A stretch of 63,502 bases of DNA, the filler included, from Neoconidiobolus thromboides FSU 785 (lineage: Eukaryota > Fungi > Entomophthoromycota), in the NCBI GenBank assembly GCA_025603075.1. It is 4 parts of 4 records of this genome, joined end to end, with 100 filler letters (N's around TTAATTAATTAA, not from the genome) between each part and the next. Parts side by side here need not be neighbours in the genome. Positions count along the whole stretch, not along the records: positions 1 to 30,011 come from MU626488.1; 3 more parts are not named here. One strand, given 5' to 3'. Of the stretch, positions 11,701 through 23,746 are shown in pieces. Position numbers and translations under genes: made by a program. The stretch's first letter is position 1. Every line of letters starts with the position of its first letter. The notes under the pieces are model-generated. The model saw only the letters and a program-made list of their open reading frames with translations, searched no databases and had not been told where the DNA came from.

Positions 11701-12732
11701 TAACTCGGGCACTTTTCCAGAAGATAGATTGAAAGAAGTATCCCCAAGTAGATTATCATCTTGCTCTAAATTAGAGTCCTGAAATAGTCTATTTAAAAAG
11801 TTATTCTGGGTATTGTTTTCTATAACCTGAGAGGTTAGCTGTTGAGCTGACTCTGGCAAATCGTGATTTCCATTGTTGCCTGTATTTTGAATGTTTGCTG
11901 ATGAAAAGCCCCCAAATTCTCCTAATGTCGCTTCCGTCTCTTCGAAATCGAACTCATCTAATATTTTATAAATGTCTATTTTAGGAGCACTACCTACTTC
12001 CTGTGAATTTTCTGAATTTTGTGATAACAGATTGTTAAATCCACTGATTTCAAGATTGTTATCGATATGGCTAATTTCGTTATTTGAATTTTCGTTAACA
12101 ACTATAACCTTATTAGCATCTGTGAATCCTGAATAAGTTTCAAGTACGTCTTCTTGGACGGTTTTGAGTTGATCGATCAGTTCTTCATATAAGCTTCGTT
12201 TCTCAGCTTTACCTTTGTTCTTTACGATGTTTATTAGCTTTGTGTTAAATGCATCATCATTGTCTATAGATTTATCTTCAAGTAAATTTCCAACATCTAT
12301 AATATTTGAAGCGTTTGTAAACCAATCAAACTCTGATGGGGATAATTGGGAGTTCATTGCTTTCTGTTCTTTTTTGATATTTATTCTATTTTGATCCCTG
12401 TCGTCTTCAGAATTAACATTAGATGAATTTTTAACAACTTCTGTGATATTCGAAGCATTTGTAAATCCGCCAAATTCTACCAAAGATATTTGAGAGCTGA
12501 CAATCTCTGGTTCAATTTCTAAAGCTTTATGGTTTTTGAAATGACCATTTCCATTGAGATTTAAATCACTTGAATTGTTTCTCAAGCGATCCACATCAAC
12601 AATATTTTGATATTGGCTAATTTCATTTCCGTTTTCTTTTGTGGGCTCAGCAGTCTTAGATTCCTCACTATTTGTTGCATATAGCTCTGCTAGACTGCTT
12701 CTTTTGAACCTTTTTGTATCACTATTGTCCAT
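8772..12732 (-). CDS. BRCA2: BRCA2/Brh2 homolog: N-terminal BRC-like repeats, helical domain and OB folds; multi-exon
   Basis: ORF 10187..11173 has HYSHIVW, QLKVRYRNE, ISDGWYSIKCELD and LKLSSNGTRKACWSRKIG, which match the BRCA2 helical domain and OB1. ORF 11560..12732 has repeated FxxA motifs. Short GT-AG introns join the exons (e.g. about 11536-11579 and 11284-11337). Downstream exons (FTPFCALRIID...ITLWN...FKEGENY) fit OB2/OB3. The 3' end is approximate. Confidence 0.88.
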
Positions 12733-13118
12733 TTTAATTGAGGTGATGCAATTTTGAAAGAATCAAAAGGAACTAAGCGTAAGTAAAAAAATTATGATGA
12801 CTTTGCATTCAGTTTACTTTTGTCTTGTTTTATTGGCTTGATTCGTATTTTGTTCATTTGATTTTATTTTTAAGGCAAATTTCACTTGACCTTTTTAAAA
12901 AATCATATATCCTGCAGCTATATTATGACTTAACTAGCCGTTCATTTAAAAATAAAAATTTTAATGCTAGGTTGTTCGAAATGTTCCAGTAACAAACCCA
13001 TGCATATAGAAGACTGTACTATCTTTGGCTGCGAAAGTATTTTTTTGAATGCAAAAATGAAAGTATCAACTATGAATTCTTTAGCAGTGCTGTAACCAAT
13101 GGCTAATTGGCGATTTCT

Positions 13119-13225
13119 ATATGGGAGTGTCTTTTTTGACTTCATTATTTTTTCCATTTTTTAAGTGCTATTTAAGCGGAAAATTTGTTAGTAAGATTCT
13201 TAAATACAAAAATACATCCCCATAT
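13119..13225 (-). mobile_element. AWWT-MITE copy in the BRCA2/MSS4 divergent intergenic region
   Basis: atat-gggagtgtcttttt...aaaatacatcccc-atat. Confidence 0.9.
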
Positions 13226-13834
13226 GTAAGAATTCACACTGGAACATTTTAAACAACCCAATAGCCATTAAAAAAGCTGACCAAAAAATACTTGGCCTAT
13301 AACTTTCTGCAAATTAATTCGCAATAGAATTGTAATAAATATAAACTTATAAAATAAGAAAAGTTTTTTGAAAGCTTCTAAATAATTTCCAAAATTTCAT
13401 AAAAATGAAACTTCTTCAAAAGTCAAATGCCAATTCTGTAAACTATAATGTATCGCGAATAATGAATTTTATTTCTGGAACCTTGATATTATTATTAAGG
13501 AGATGTTTACACTATAAACCAAATTGCTTAAAAATAAAACTATTTGAGGGTAGGTTCTAAAACAAAATTCTGGATAGAAACCTAAAAGTGAAATAACAAA
13601 TTTTAACAGTTTATTTCAAATGTTAATTAATAGTTCAGCAATTATGACCACATAAACTTTTAAAAAAAGAAACTACCTAAACCCAATTAAAGCTTCCATG
13701 AAATCAATTTAGCCAATCAAAAAAATTAACTTAGATTAAAATTCCTTCTTTTAAAAATCACTAACAATCAAATAAACACAAACTCAATTAAACGTTTGAA
13801 GTTTAATGATTTAGTTAACTTTCTTTTCTTATAA

Positions 13835-15571
13835 ATGATCAATGTGCATGTTCTAGATATAGCGTCTGATTCCCAAGTAAAAAAAACGCAAGTTTCTTTT
13901 ATAGAAGAGGGCGCCAATAACAAAGTTAGGCCAACAATGCCACAACACACTCAATCGTTCTATCTTGAGAAAAAACAAAAGCCAATGTTGCTTGATGATA
14001 GAATAACGGACCAAGCAGAAATTTCAACCGCTACTGCTGCTTCTTTGACAACTAATATCAATCCTGAAAATTTAAAAGCAAAGATGATCAGACACAATAC
14101 GTTAACTACTATTCCACACAGTAAACCAATCGTTGATCCTGTTTCAAAAAAAAGTCCTCCAAGACTATTTACCCGTTCAAGGTCACGTAAAGATACAGTA
14201 AATGCTAATAATAATATAGCAAGATATGGAACAAAAGTTGGGGAAGAGCATAATAACTTTGAGCTGATGTATAACATGCTTACTGGAATTAGGGTTTCGG
14301 TAATTATTAATGTAGCTTTTAGTTCAACTCATTAACTTATTTAGGTTTCTCGTTGTACTGCAAAATTGAAAAGGCCATTAATTAAAGAGGATTTTGTATC
14401 CGCTAATAAATTAGCATTTGACATAACTGGAAATGAGCTGACACCTTCATCAAAATATGATTTTAAGTTTAAAGACTATTCACCATGGGTATTTCGGTCT
14501 TTGAGAGATCTATTCGGCGTGGATCCAGCAGAATATTTAATATCGCTCACGCTAAAATATATCTTATCAGAACTTAATACACCTGGAAAAAGCGGTAGTT
14601 TTTTTTACTATTCTCAAGATTTTCGGTTCATTATAAAAACAGTTCATTACTCAGAGCATAAATTCTTCCGTAAAATTTTGCCTGGTTATTATGAGCATGT
14701 GAAAGCTAACCCAAATACTTTGCTGAGTAGAATTTATGGCTTACATCGTGTCAAGATGCCAAGCTCTAGGAAGATACATTTTGTGGTGATGGCGAATGTT
14801 CTGCCTTCAACCAAGGATATTCACGCCATGTTTGATTTGAAGGGATCGACATATGGCAGATATCTTGATGAAAAAATAGCTTCAGAATCAGGTTTACCTG
14901 TTGTACTTAAGGATCTTAATTGGCTCAAACAAGAAAGACAATTAGAGCTAGGACCTCAGAAAAGGCATATTCTTTTTCAGCAATTATGTTCAGACGCCGA
15001 TTTTTTAGCACGACATAATATCATGGACTACTCACTATTGATTGGAATTCATAATTTAGAAAGGGGTAATCGAGATGGGCTTCGTCAAGCTACCTTGTCC
15101 GTTTTTGACCCAACAGTTAAAACGGGCTCTACAAAAAAAAAATACAAGGATCCAACAGAATTAAAACAACAGGTGGTTTCTGCAGACCCAATAGCATTAA
15201 ATGAAGCTGCACCAGCTGGGACTTCACATCAATTACCCGAAGAAGTCAGTGGGGAAAGATTACAATGTATATTTTATCGTGATGAAGGTGGGTTTATTTC
15301 CACAGATGAAAATGATGTCCCTACGTCTAGCTTGTATTGTATGGGAATTATTGATATTATGACACCGTATTCGATGAAAAAGAGGGTGGAACACTTTTTC
15401 AAAACGATCAATCATAAGGATGATGAGATTTCTTGTGTCAATCCTACTTCTTATGGGCAACGTTTCTTGGCCTTTATTACAAATTCAATCAAAAACAACA
15501 GTGATTTGAAACCTCTGTTACAGGAATATGCAGCTTCCCATATGGCAGATTACCATCCTAAAACTGAATAA
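13835..15571 (+). CDS. MSS4: Phosphatidylinositol-4-phosphate 5-kinase, 2 exons (intron 14300..14344)
   Basis: Motifs FKFKDYSPWVF, GKSGSFFY, FIIKT, FDLKGST, LKDLN, MDYSLLIG, GIIDI and Y.QRFL. The intron joins GIRVS to VSRC. Confidence 0.95.
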
Positions 15572-16383
15572 TCTAGTTTAAAAGTGAAATTTGAATTGAG
15601 TTTTGTCCACCACTTGATGTTTTTGGTGGCTTTATTTTTATTTATCTTATACTAATTACCTAATATAATAATGCTTTAACACTATTAATATTTTTTTATT
15701 TTTTCATTGCTTTTTAGTGATATATTTTTTCCATTGTAATTTTACATTTTAATCAAATTTATTTATTTGTCATTTCGAAAGTATTTTATTACACTTATAT
15801 GTATAAACCAGTTACCTAGATTATAAACATTTTAAGTTTCAACTGCTTTGCCGTATCTCTTAATAGCTCTATCAGTTGATATGTTAAATATCTCATTGCA
15901 CACTAGAATAATTTGCTATTATCTATACTACCAGTAATTAAGTTAAGTCACTTGATTTATTTCATTTCAACTTTTGAGTATTTAAAAAACCTATTCAAAC
16001 CAAATATTGATTAATCAAAGCAATATACTATGTATTGGTAACTGATTACAATACTTATTGTATTTAATACCAACACTTATTTAATCTAAACTATAAATTG
16101 GATGATATTATTATTTATGGCGATGATACATGGCTTAAAACTTTTCTACTTTCACCAACCTAGCTTGCCTAAAGTCTGATTATACAAAAAATAATACTAA
16201 CCTAATATGAAAATACCCTTAATTTAATAAAAAATAATATATGGGTATAGTAGTTGAAGTAGAAACATAATATTAATTATCATCGTTTTTAATTCATTAC
16301 TTAGAAATAAATTCTTAAACAAAATCAAAAGTCATAAAACCAAGAAACAAATAAAGTTTTAAAAAAACATTATACCATTTATG

Positions 16384-17012
16384 TTAAAATTCTTGACCTT
16401 CATCAGGCTGGGGTAGTTTACGATTATGAGCTCCTGCCATTTCTCTATAAATTAAATTAGTAATGTTGCTTAAATTTTATTTTTCATTACCTTCTTAATT
16501 CAGTGAGTACAGTCTCTAAACTAAAATCACGCCTCCAGTTTGCTAAACATCCAAGCTTACTTGGCTCTACCTAATTTTTATTATTTAATTTTTTTTTTTA
16601 TTAAACCACGTATCAAAGTAACTTACCTTTCCATTTTGTTGGTTCACACAAGTCATGTTAATTTTGGAGATGAAATATAACTCTGGAGGAGCATCTGGGT
16701 AGTTTGGACCACAAACAATTCTTAAGTTATAAATGCGGTTTATATGAGCCGACTATTAAAAATGTTAGATCTATAATAACATCATATAAATCAATATTAG
16801 ACTAACGTTAACCGGTCCTAAAATGGTTCCAAACCAGTTAGTGAGGTTCATATCATCACCATCAGCAAGCCCATAAGAACAAGCGCCATCTCCAATCCCT
16901 TTCTCTCCTTTTTCTAACTCTTCCAGTAATCTAAAGCTTCTTGGTACTTTAATTTAAAGTGAATTAGTTTATCCCATCCTCTATTTGTATTTAGTAACCT
17001 ACCTTTGGCCAT
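16384..17012 (-). CDS. MMS2: Ubiquitin-conjugating enzyme variant MMS2/UEV1, multi-exon
   Basis: Reverse-strand exons read MAK|[45 protein letters not shown] ... [10 protein letters not shown]. Not present in the supplied ORF track because the exons are short. Confidence 0.93.
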
Positions 17013-17145
17013 ATTTTATTTAAATAACTCTCAAAACCCAATCTTACTTTTTCATTTTAATATTCTACTTAGAATAAGTAACAAATCAAACTCGATTTTG
17101 AGTTTATGAAAAATACCTGCTGACATCAGAAAAGTGCTTTTTATA

Positions 17146-18631
17146 ATGAGTGAAAATTTAGTTATTTTATTACATGTTGGCGCTGGCTATTTTAATGAAG
17201 ACAATCATTCAAAATATAAACATTTGACTAAGCTAGCTATAAATAAAGGAATAAAATGTTATAAAAGGACAAAGAGTATAGACCAAGTACTAGTTAGTGT
17301 AATAAAAACGCTAGAGGTAAGTAAAACTGAGTATTTTATCCTATTATAAAAACATTGGACTATCATTTAGGATTCAGAGCTAACGAATGCTGGTATGTGA
17401 TAAGATTTGTTAAAGAATATTAATTGAAATCCTAGGCTTTGGCTCTAACTTAAACCTAGTTGGTAAAGTGGAACTTGATTGTAGTATAACTAAGAGTAAG
17501 TTTGGTGAAGAAATACTACATCAATTCATTGGGCTAGGTGCAGTTGATAATATAAAAAATCCTATCGAATTAGCAAACAAATTAAAGGAATTAGATATAA
17601 AAGGTGGTATTTTACCTGGGAATAGAGTCGCACCCCTTTTATTAACAAATAAAGGGGTAGAGTATTTTGTAAGCAAACATTATCCAGAGCTACACCATGA
17701 GAACGATTTGCTAATATCAGATAAAGCTAAGCGAGAGCATGAATACTACAAAAAGAATTTAGACACTAACGGATTAGAAGAGATTAAGAATGATACTGTT
17801 GGAGCGATTGTATTTGATTTAAATACTCTTGAGTTGATATCTGGGGTTTCCTCTGGTGGAATATTATTAAAGTTTCCAGGAAGGGTGGGTGAAGTAAAGT
17901 GTTAAATATTCATATTAATGTCACATATATTAAACTTTCTTTAGGCAGCTATATATGGTGCAGGGGTTTGGAGTGAGTTTAGTCAAAATGAAACTGAAGA
18001 GTTAGTTGGAGTTGCATGTAGCACTTCAGGTAATAGCCTTAAACAGTATTATAAAAAGATATAACATTTTTTACGTATATAGGAACTGGAGAAGCTATAA
18101 TTTATAATCAGTTTTCAAAAACATTGGCTAAAAATATATTAAACCCAGATACAGAACCTTTAAATGGTTTTGAAACTAGCTTAATAAATTTTTTAGGTAA
18201 TTTTACTAAAGTTTATTATTCAAATAAATGTAAAAAATTAGACGACCGTAATATAACATATCGTTTTATTAAAGACAATACTGCAGTTGGATCTATATGC
18301 TTATCTTTTTCCGCAGTTCTGAACAACGCCATACCTAGTAATAACTTGATGTAACATAATAACACCAAATAACCTAATTTTAGAGTTTAACCAAGTTGAG
18401 TTTATTTTTGGGCATACAGCACCTAACATGGTAGTTCTGAATTATATATATTGTTTTGTTTATTAAAGTATTTTCAGGGAGTAGCTTATTATAATTCAAG
18501 GAAAAAAAAATTTAAGGTAAATTGGAGTATTATTGTTTGTCACCATTAATTGATCTTTAGTTTATTTTGTCTGAAAAAAAAAGGGACAAAAACTATCAGT
18601 TGTCTTTAATAAACCTCTTGATATAGAATAA
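17146..18631 (+). CDS. TASP1: Taspase-1-like threonine aspartase (asparaginase-2 / Ntn hydrolase family), multi-exon
   Basis: LHVGAG at the N-terminus, DSELTNAG.GSNLN, DTVGAIV with the catalytic Thr, SSGGILLKFPGRVGEAAIYGAGVW and VACSTSGTGE. The 3' end is approximate. Confidence 0.82.
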
Positions 18632-18671
18632 TAATGTCATTTAAACTCTAGTGTGGTTAGACTCAAAGCGC

Positions 18672-18762
18672 TCTTTTGTTTAAGAATTTTAATAACAATT
18701 ATTCCATTCAATAGCGCTTGAAAATGGAAAAGTAAATGGAACATAAAAAGATTCACATTTGT
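18672..18762 (+). mobile_element. Degenerate AWWT-MITE copy
   Basis: Core ttttgtttaagaatttt...atagcgcttgaaaatggaaaagt with eroded ends. Confidence 0.6.
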
Positions 18763-18778
18763 TATTCTGATTTGTTAT

Positions 18779-18883
18779 ATATGAGGATGTATTTTTTGTT
18801 TAAGAATTTTACTAACAATCTTTCCACTCAAGTAGCGCTTAAAAAATATAAAAATAACGAAATCAAAAAAAACATCCCCATAT
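18779..18883 (+). mobile_element. AWWT-MITE copy
   Basis: atat-gaggatgtattttt...aaaaaacatcccc-atat. Confidence 0.9.
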
Positions 18884-19304
18884 GCTCATATTGTATTCTA
18901 TAATATCTCTAATGTTTTTCGAGATATCGATAGTTTTATATTAAGGGACTGTTTTTGTATTTCTTGTATTTCAAAAACCACTATGTTTTTCAAAAAATGA
19001 TTTATTTTCCAATTATTTAATAAACACTATTTAGATGTATTTCAATAAAGTTTCATTTTAAACTTTCTAATATTAGAAAACAATTTAAAAATAAACTAAC
19101 TTTTTGAAAAAATCGTATATTGTTTTCTATCTAGGTTTTAAGACTGAAATAGAAAAATCTATTTTATATTCTAATGTAATATTTATAAATACTTTATAGA
19201 AATTGGAACTTTTTAAACAATTAAACTTATTACGGTATTTTGGATTTGAATACTAAATAAAAAGACATGTTCATATATGCTGCCTTTGTAACATCAGAAC
19301 CTAA

Positions 19305-19380
19305 ATGATTTTTCTCCACTCAAATATACTTAAAATCGAACAAAATGGCAAAAATAGTAAACAAAAGACGCCATTATATT
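19305..19380 (+). mobile_element. AWWT-MITE fragment
   Basis: ccactcaaatatacttaaaa core and a degenerate right end only. Confidence 0.4.
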
Positions 19381-20283
19381 GTAGTATTTGAATGTCAATA
19401 TGCGAATGTTAAAAAGTGGTTTGATAGATTAAAAAACAATACTGATTAAATGATCAAATATATTACTTAAAACTATTACTGCAATATCTGTGAATAATTT
19501 TAATTCAACAATTTAAATTACATTCACATTAAAAATATTTTACAGTAAATGAAAATTTCGGAAGAAAAATAGAGTTGTTATCTTCCGAAAAAACATTGTC
19601 ATCATTATTAAATTTGAAAGTTTATAATTTTATTCTATGAATAATTAATAGTGGCTTTCGCTTTATAATCATGTTAGTGTTTATCCATTATTTTCTAAAC
19701 TATGCTCCGTTTTATTGTCATTGTATTCGCTTTATTTAATTTCTACTAAATTTTTAACCTGCATCTATTAAAAAGTTAACCATTGTTTATAAAAAAATGA
19801 TATAATTTGTACACACTAAAAAGGACTAAATTATTATAATTATTTTAAAGGGCGGGATTTAAATCCGTTACCATTCACTTTATTAAGTCAAATTTAAATT
19901 TAAGATTTTGTTTGACACCACCTTTATGCCTTGTATAAACAGATTCAAAATAGGCTTTTATTGTTGACTGGTAAATAAGGAACTTATTAAAGTTGTAGTA
20001 TTAAGTATAAGCTATAATAGCAATTAAAAGAATGAATAAAATTGTCTAGAAATCAAATGCAGGAACTATGAGTTTACAACTGATCATCATCAAGTATAAT
20101 TATATCTATTCTAAGATCTGTACCATCTATTAGATAAGATCATTTAATTTCTTAAAAATGGCTCAAAATTACACCGGAAAAAAAATAATCAAAGTTTAAG
20201 CCAGGAATGGGAGTAATAAAATTAACAGAAAATTATATATATAAAGGGCTGTTGATAGCACTAATCAAAGTAAAAAAAACAAA

Positions 20284-21857
20284 ATGTCAATATTAGCATA
20301 TAGTTTAATATTTTTAACTTCTATTATATCGATTGCACTTTATCAATCTTTCCATCTCCCCTCTGAATATAAACATTTAAAAGCCGTTTCTATTATCGAC
20401 TTTATTAAACAGTTGCTATCAAAAGCTGAAATCCCAGAAAGATTTGAAAAGTTATATCGTCCAATCCTTAACAAAGACGGCTACGGTCTCATATGGCAAT
20501 CAACTGGGTGGAACTTAATTGTCACTTCACCAAAACAAATTAAAGAAATCATCCTTAACACTGAGAATTTCCATAAAATCGAAGATAAACCAAACGATTA
20601 TGGTCAATTGAGATATCGCTTATTTGGTAAATCCAACATTGTGTTCTCAGATCAAGGTGAATGGAGACACCATCGTAAATCTATAAACCCAGCCTTTAAA
20701 AAAGCATGGAACATCGACATTTTTGAGGAAAGTGGCAAAGAACTTATTGAAAAAATTGAGATGGAACAAGGAAAGGGCGTTTACATACATCTTAAGTTTT
20801 TAAATTTAGCTCTCGACATCTTAGGTAAAGGTTTATTTAGTTACAACTTCCATGCTTTAGAAGATGGTGAAAAGAATCATGGTTATCAATTGTACTCTAA
20901 AGCTATGGCCGGTATCAACGACTTTAAATACTTTGTATTCCCTATATTAGAACTCATTATTCCTGCACGTAAAAAAGTACACCAAGCTACCGAAGAATTC
21001 AAGACTTTCCTTTTAAGTATTATTGAAACAAAAAAGAAGGAAGTTGAATCTGGGGATGTCAAAGATGATATTGTATCTTTAATGGTTAAAAGCTCTTTGG
21101 ATTCTAGTGAGAATGGGCTTTCTAGTACTGAGATTTTATACAACTTATCAATCTTTTTTGCCGCTGGACACGACACTACTGCCAATACCTTAACCTCGAC
21201 TATTTATTTCTTGAGTAAACATAAAGTAATTTTGTTACCTAAATAATCTAATCTAATCTAATCTAATCTAATATATAGGATATCCAAAAAAAAGCTCGTG
21301 AAGAGGTATTAAATGTACTTGGAAATAATGGAGAGATAAAAGCACCAGATCATGAACAACAAAAAGAGTTAAAGTACCTTACCTGTGTAATTAAAGAAAG
21401 TATGAGATTTGCACCAACAGTAACTCAATTACGTCGTTTTCCAACCAAAGATCTCTCGTTAAGTGATGGCACTAGGATTAAGAAGGGACTAGCAGTCCTT
21501 TTGCCAATTTACTTGCATCACCGCAATCCAGAAATCTTTTCCAAGCCAGAGGAATTTAATCCAGATCGCTTTGAAGATCCTTATGGTAAAGAATCAAGCG
21601 CTTGGATGCCTTTCGGTATGGGAACAAGAACATGTAAGAAATTTACTTATAAACTAATTAGCTTTTACTTATAGTTTAATTTAGGTATTGGAATGAACTT
21701 CTCTTTAATTGAACAAAAAGTTATTCTTTCTATGCTTCTTCAAAAATATGACTTTAAACTTGGCTCTGAATCCTCTAAATGGGATCATGATAACTACAAC
21801 TCAGGCAGTTTAATGCATATTGAAAATCCTGACATTGATTTTATTCCTAGAGTTTAA
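20284..21857 (+). CDS. Cytochrome P450, 3 exons
   Basis: N-terminal transmembrane anchor, W..HRK.INPAF, I-helix AGHDTT, ExxR (KESMR), FNPDRF, and heme motif PFGMGTRTC|IG split by an intron. Confidence 0.95.
21244..21272 (+). repeat. (CTAAT)n pentanucleotide microsatellite in P450 intron 1
   Basis: taatctaatctaatctaatctaatctaat. Confidence 0.85.
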
Positions 21858-22492
21858 TAATTTACTGTTTATACTTAAATAAACCCTTTTTGATGTTCTA
21901 GAATGTTAGGCATTTTACGATCATTTTTTCTATAAGTTTAATATAGCAAGTTAAGATAATTGATAAATTATAATCTTAAACAAAAAGCGGTCACCATTAT
22001 TCTAACTTACATGATATGTATATCAGGATCATTTTGTTTATTGAGTTTTATAGAACAATTTGTTTGAATTTTTTATTGAAAATAAATCATACTTTACAAG
22101 CTATGATAAAATACACGCTAAAATTCGATAAACAATAACAAAGTAGGAAACAAAATCTTCCTGTGTTACCATAGTATTGCCTCAGTAACTACAAGCGATC
22201 ATGGAGTTCGTACTTATATCTTTTATTTTTGACTTTATTTTTACTACTATCGATTTAAACTCGCATCCCTACTTTCATGTACACAAACGCAATAAAAAAT
22301 ATTAATAAAATATAACTTAATACTGATGAGTAAAGCATATGCAGATATTGTAATAAAATGAGCAAACATAAATTTTAGTAGCAAAGTCATAATTGCTACT
22401 ACCAGCGATCTTTTTAAATTAGCATATAAGTATGCAACTATATTAAATGAATAGAGCTTAGTTTAGCTTGAAATATAAAATTCAAAAACGAT

Positions 22493-22596
22493 ATATGGGG
22501 ATATTTTTTTGGCTTCATCACTTTCCATCTTTTAAGCGCTATTTGAACGGAAAAATTGCTAGTAAAATTCTTAAATACAAAAATACATCCCAGTAT
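22493..22596 (-). mobile_element. AWWT-MITE copy
   Basis: atat-ggggatattttt...aaaatacatccc. Confidence 0.88.
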
Positions 22597-22989
22597 TTTG
22601 TTATCCTTCATAAACCACAAATACCAAACAAGAATATAAGTGGGTTCAGCATGGTGTTATGAGTATATGTAAATCTATATATTGAAAAAGGACTTAGATT
22701 TACTGAGGAATTTTCTTAAATTTCGACTACAGCAATTTTCTCAATAATTTTTTAACATAATTGCATTTTATTATTGATAGCTTCTTAAAAAATAACTATT
22801 TTTAGCAAACTGTATTTAATGTTTATCTGAACACTATTGCTTTAAAAACCGTCATTTTATAGTTTACGGATAAAATTATAGAAAACTCCGCAACCATTAT
22901 CTTGTACTTAATATTGTTGCAATATTTTACATCATACTATGAATATATATATGACAATTAATCAAATTGCTATAGAATATACCTCAAAG

Positions 22990-23300
22990 CTATAATAAGA
23001 AGATTGGGTATTACAAACGGACGTACTTAAAAATTGTGAGGGACGTATCGTCATTTAAACATTAAGTTAAGTAAGGAGTTATCAATACTTCTAAGCCCTA
23101 TCTTTCCATCACCCAAAGCTAAGATAGCAAAGAAACTCAGGGCCCGATATATTATGAAAGTTTCCCAATTAGCGAGGAATTCCACTTTGAAAGGTACGAA
23201 GTAGATATAAGTTTAGATGTTGAACAGATTTAGTTATAAATTGGAATAAAATGGATCTTGTTAAGCATCTATTAAACAGATAATACAGTAAGGAGTTGGT
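22990..23300 (-). mobile_element. Possible decayed non-LTR retrotransposon (L1/Tx1-like) ORF2 fragment
   Basis: Frame VEFLANWETF...LALGDGKIGLRSIDNSLLNLMFK* resembles the post-RT motif W..L..PK..GGLG...N.ALL.KW. Heavily stopped. Confidence 0.3.
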
Positions 23301-23646
23301 CATGTCCTATTTTATTATTTGTTCTATAACTAAGTAAACTTGATTTTCTATTATATAACTTTGTTCTATTTCTAATATCTTATTAAATTTAAGATTAGAA
23401 TATAGCACAGCAAAGAGCTATACACTATTTTGGGTTCTTTCTGTAGTAGTAGGAGTAACTTCAAGGTTGTAAGGAATTGAACCCCAGCCTGCATTATCCA
23501 TCAGTAACTTCTAAAGTTAAAATCTTCACCTTTTTCGAAATAAAAAATATTCCAAAACAATCGAGTAGTCGAATGTGACAATTTAGTATTACAAGAGTCA
23601 CTTTTATTACTACGATTTGATAAATTTAGCCTACTATTAATATATT

Positions 23647-23746
23647 ATATAGGGATGTATTTTTGTGTTTAAGAATTTACTAGCAATTTTTTCGCTCAAA
23701 TAGCGCTTAAAAGATGGAAAAAGTGGTAAAAAAAACATCTCTATAT
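23647..23746 (+). mobile_element. AWWT-MITE copy
   Basis: atat-agggatgtattttt...aaaaacatctct-atat. Confidence 0.88.

Noticed and set aside
12942-13157. Short ORFs overlapping MITEs (also 8147..8542, 22438..22620, 22468..22662, 29813..30010, 59463..59663, 59664..59852)
   Set aside because: Their shared peptide similarity comes entirely from translating the MITE; there is no evidence of a gene family.
13960-14277. Antisense ORFs over real genes (also 2898..3083, 15260..15460, 20886..21185, 34565..34768, 42045..42281, 42396..42596, 43822..44043, 60568..60753)
   Set aside because: Shadow frames on the opposite strand of well-supported CDSs or low-complexity tracts.
8772-17012. BRCA2 and MMS2 as a DNA-repair gene cluster
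   Set aside because: Only two genes, separated by MSS4 and acting in different pathways; chance adjacency is sufficient.
23462-23515. GGGGTTCAATTCC on the minus strand, resembling a tRNA T-loop/B-box
   Set aside because: No convincing D arm, anticodon arm or acceptor stem around it; too short for a tRNA call.
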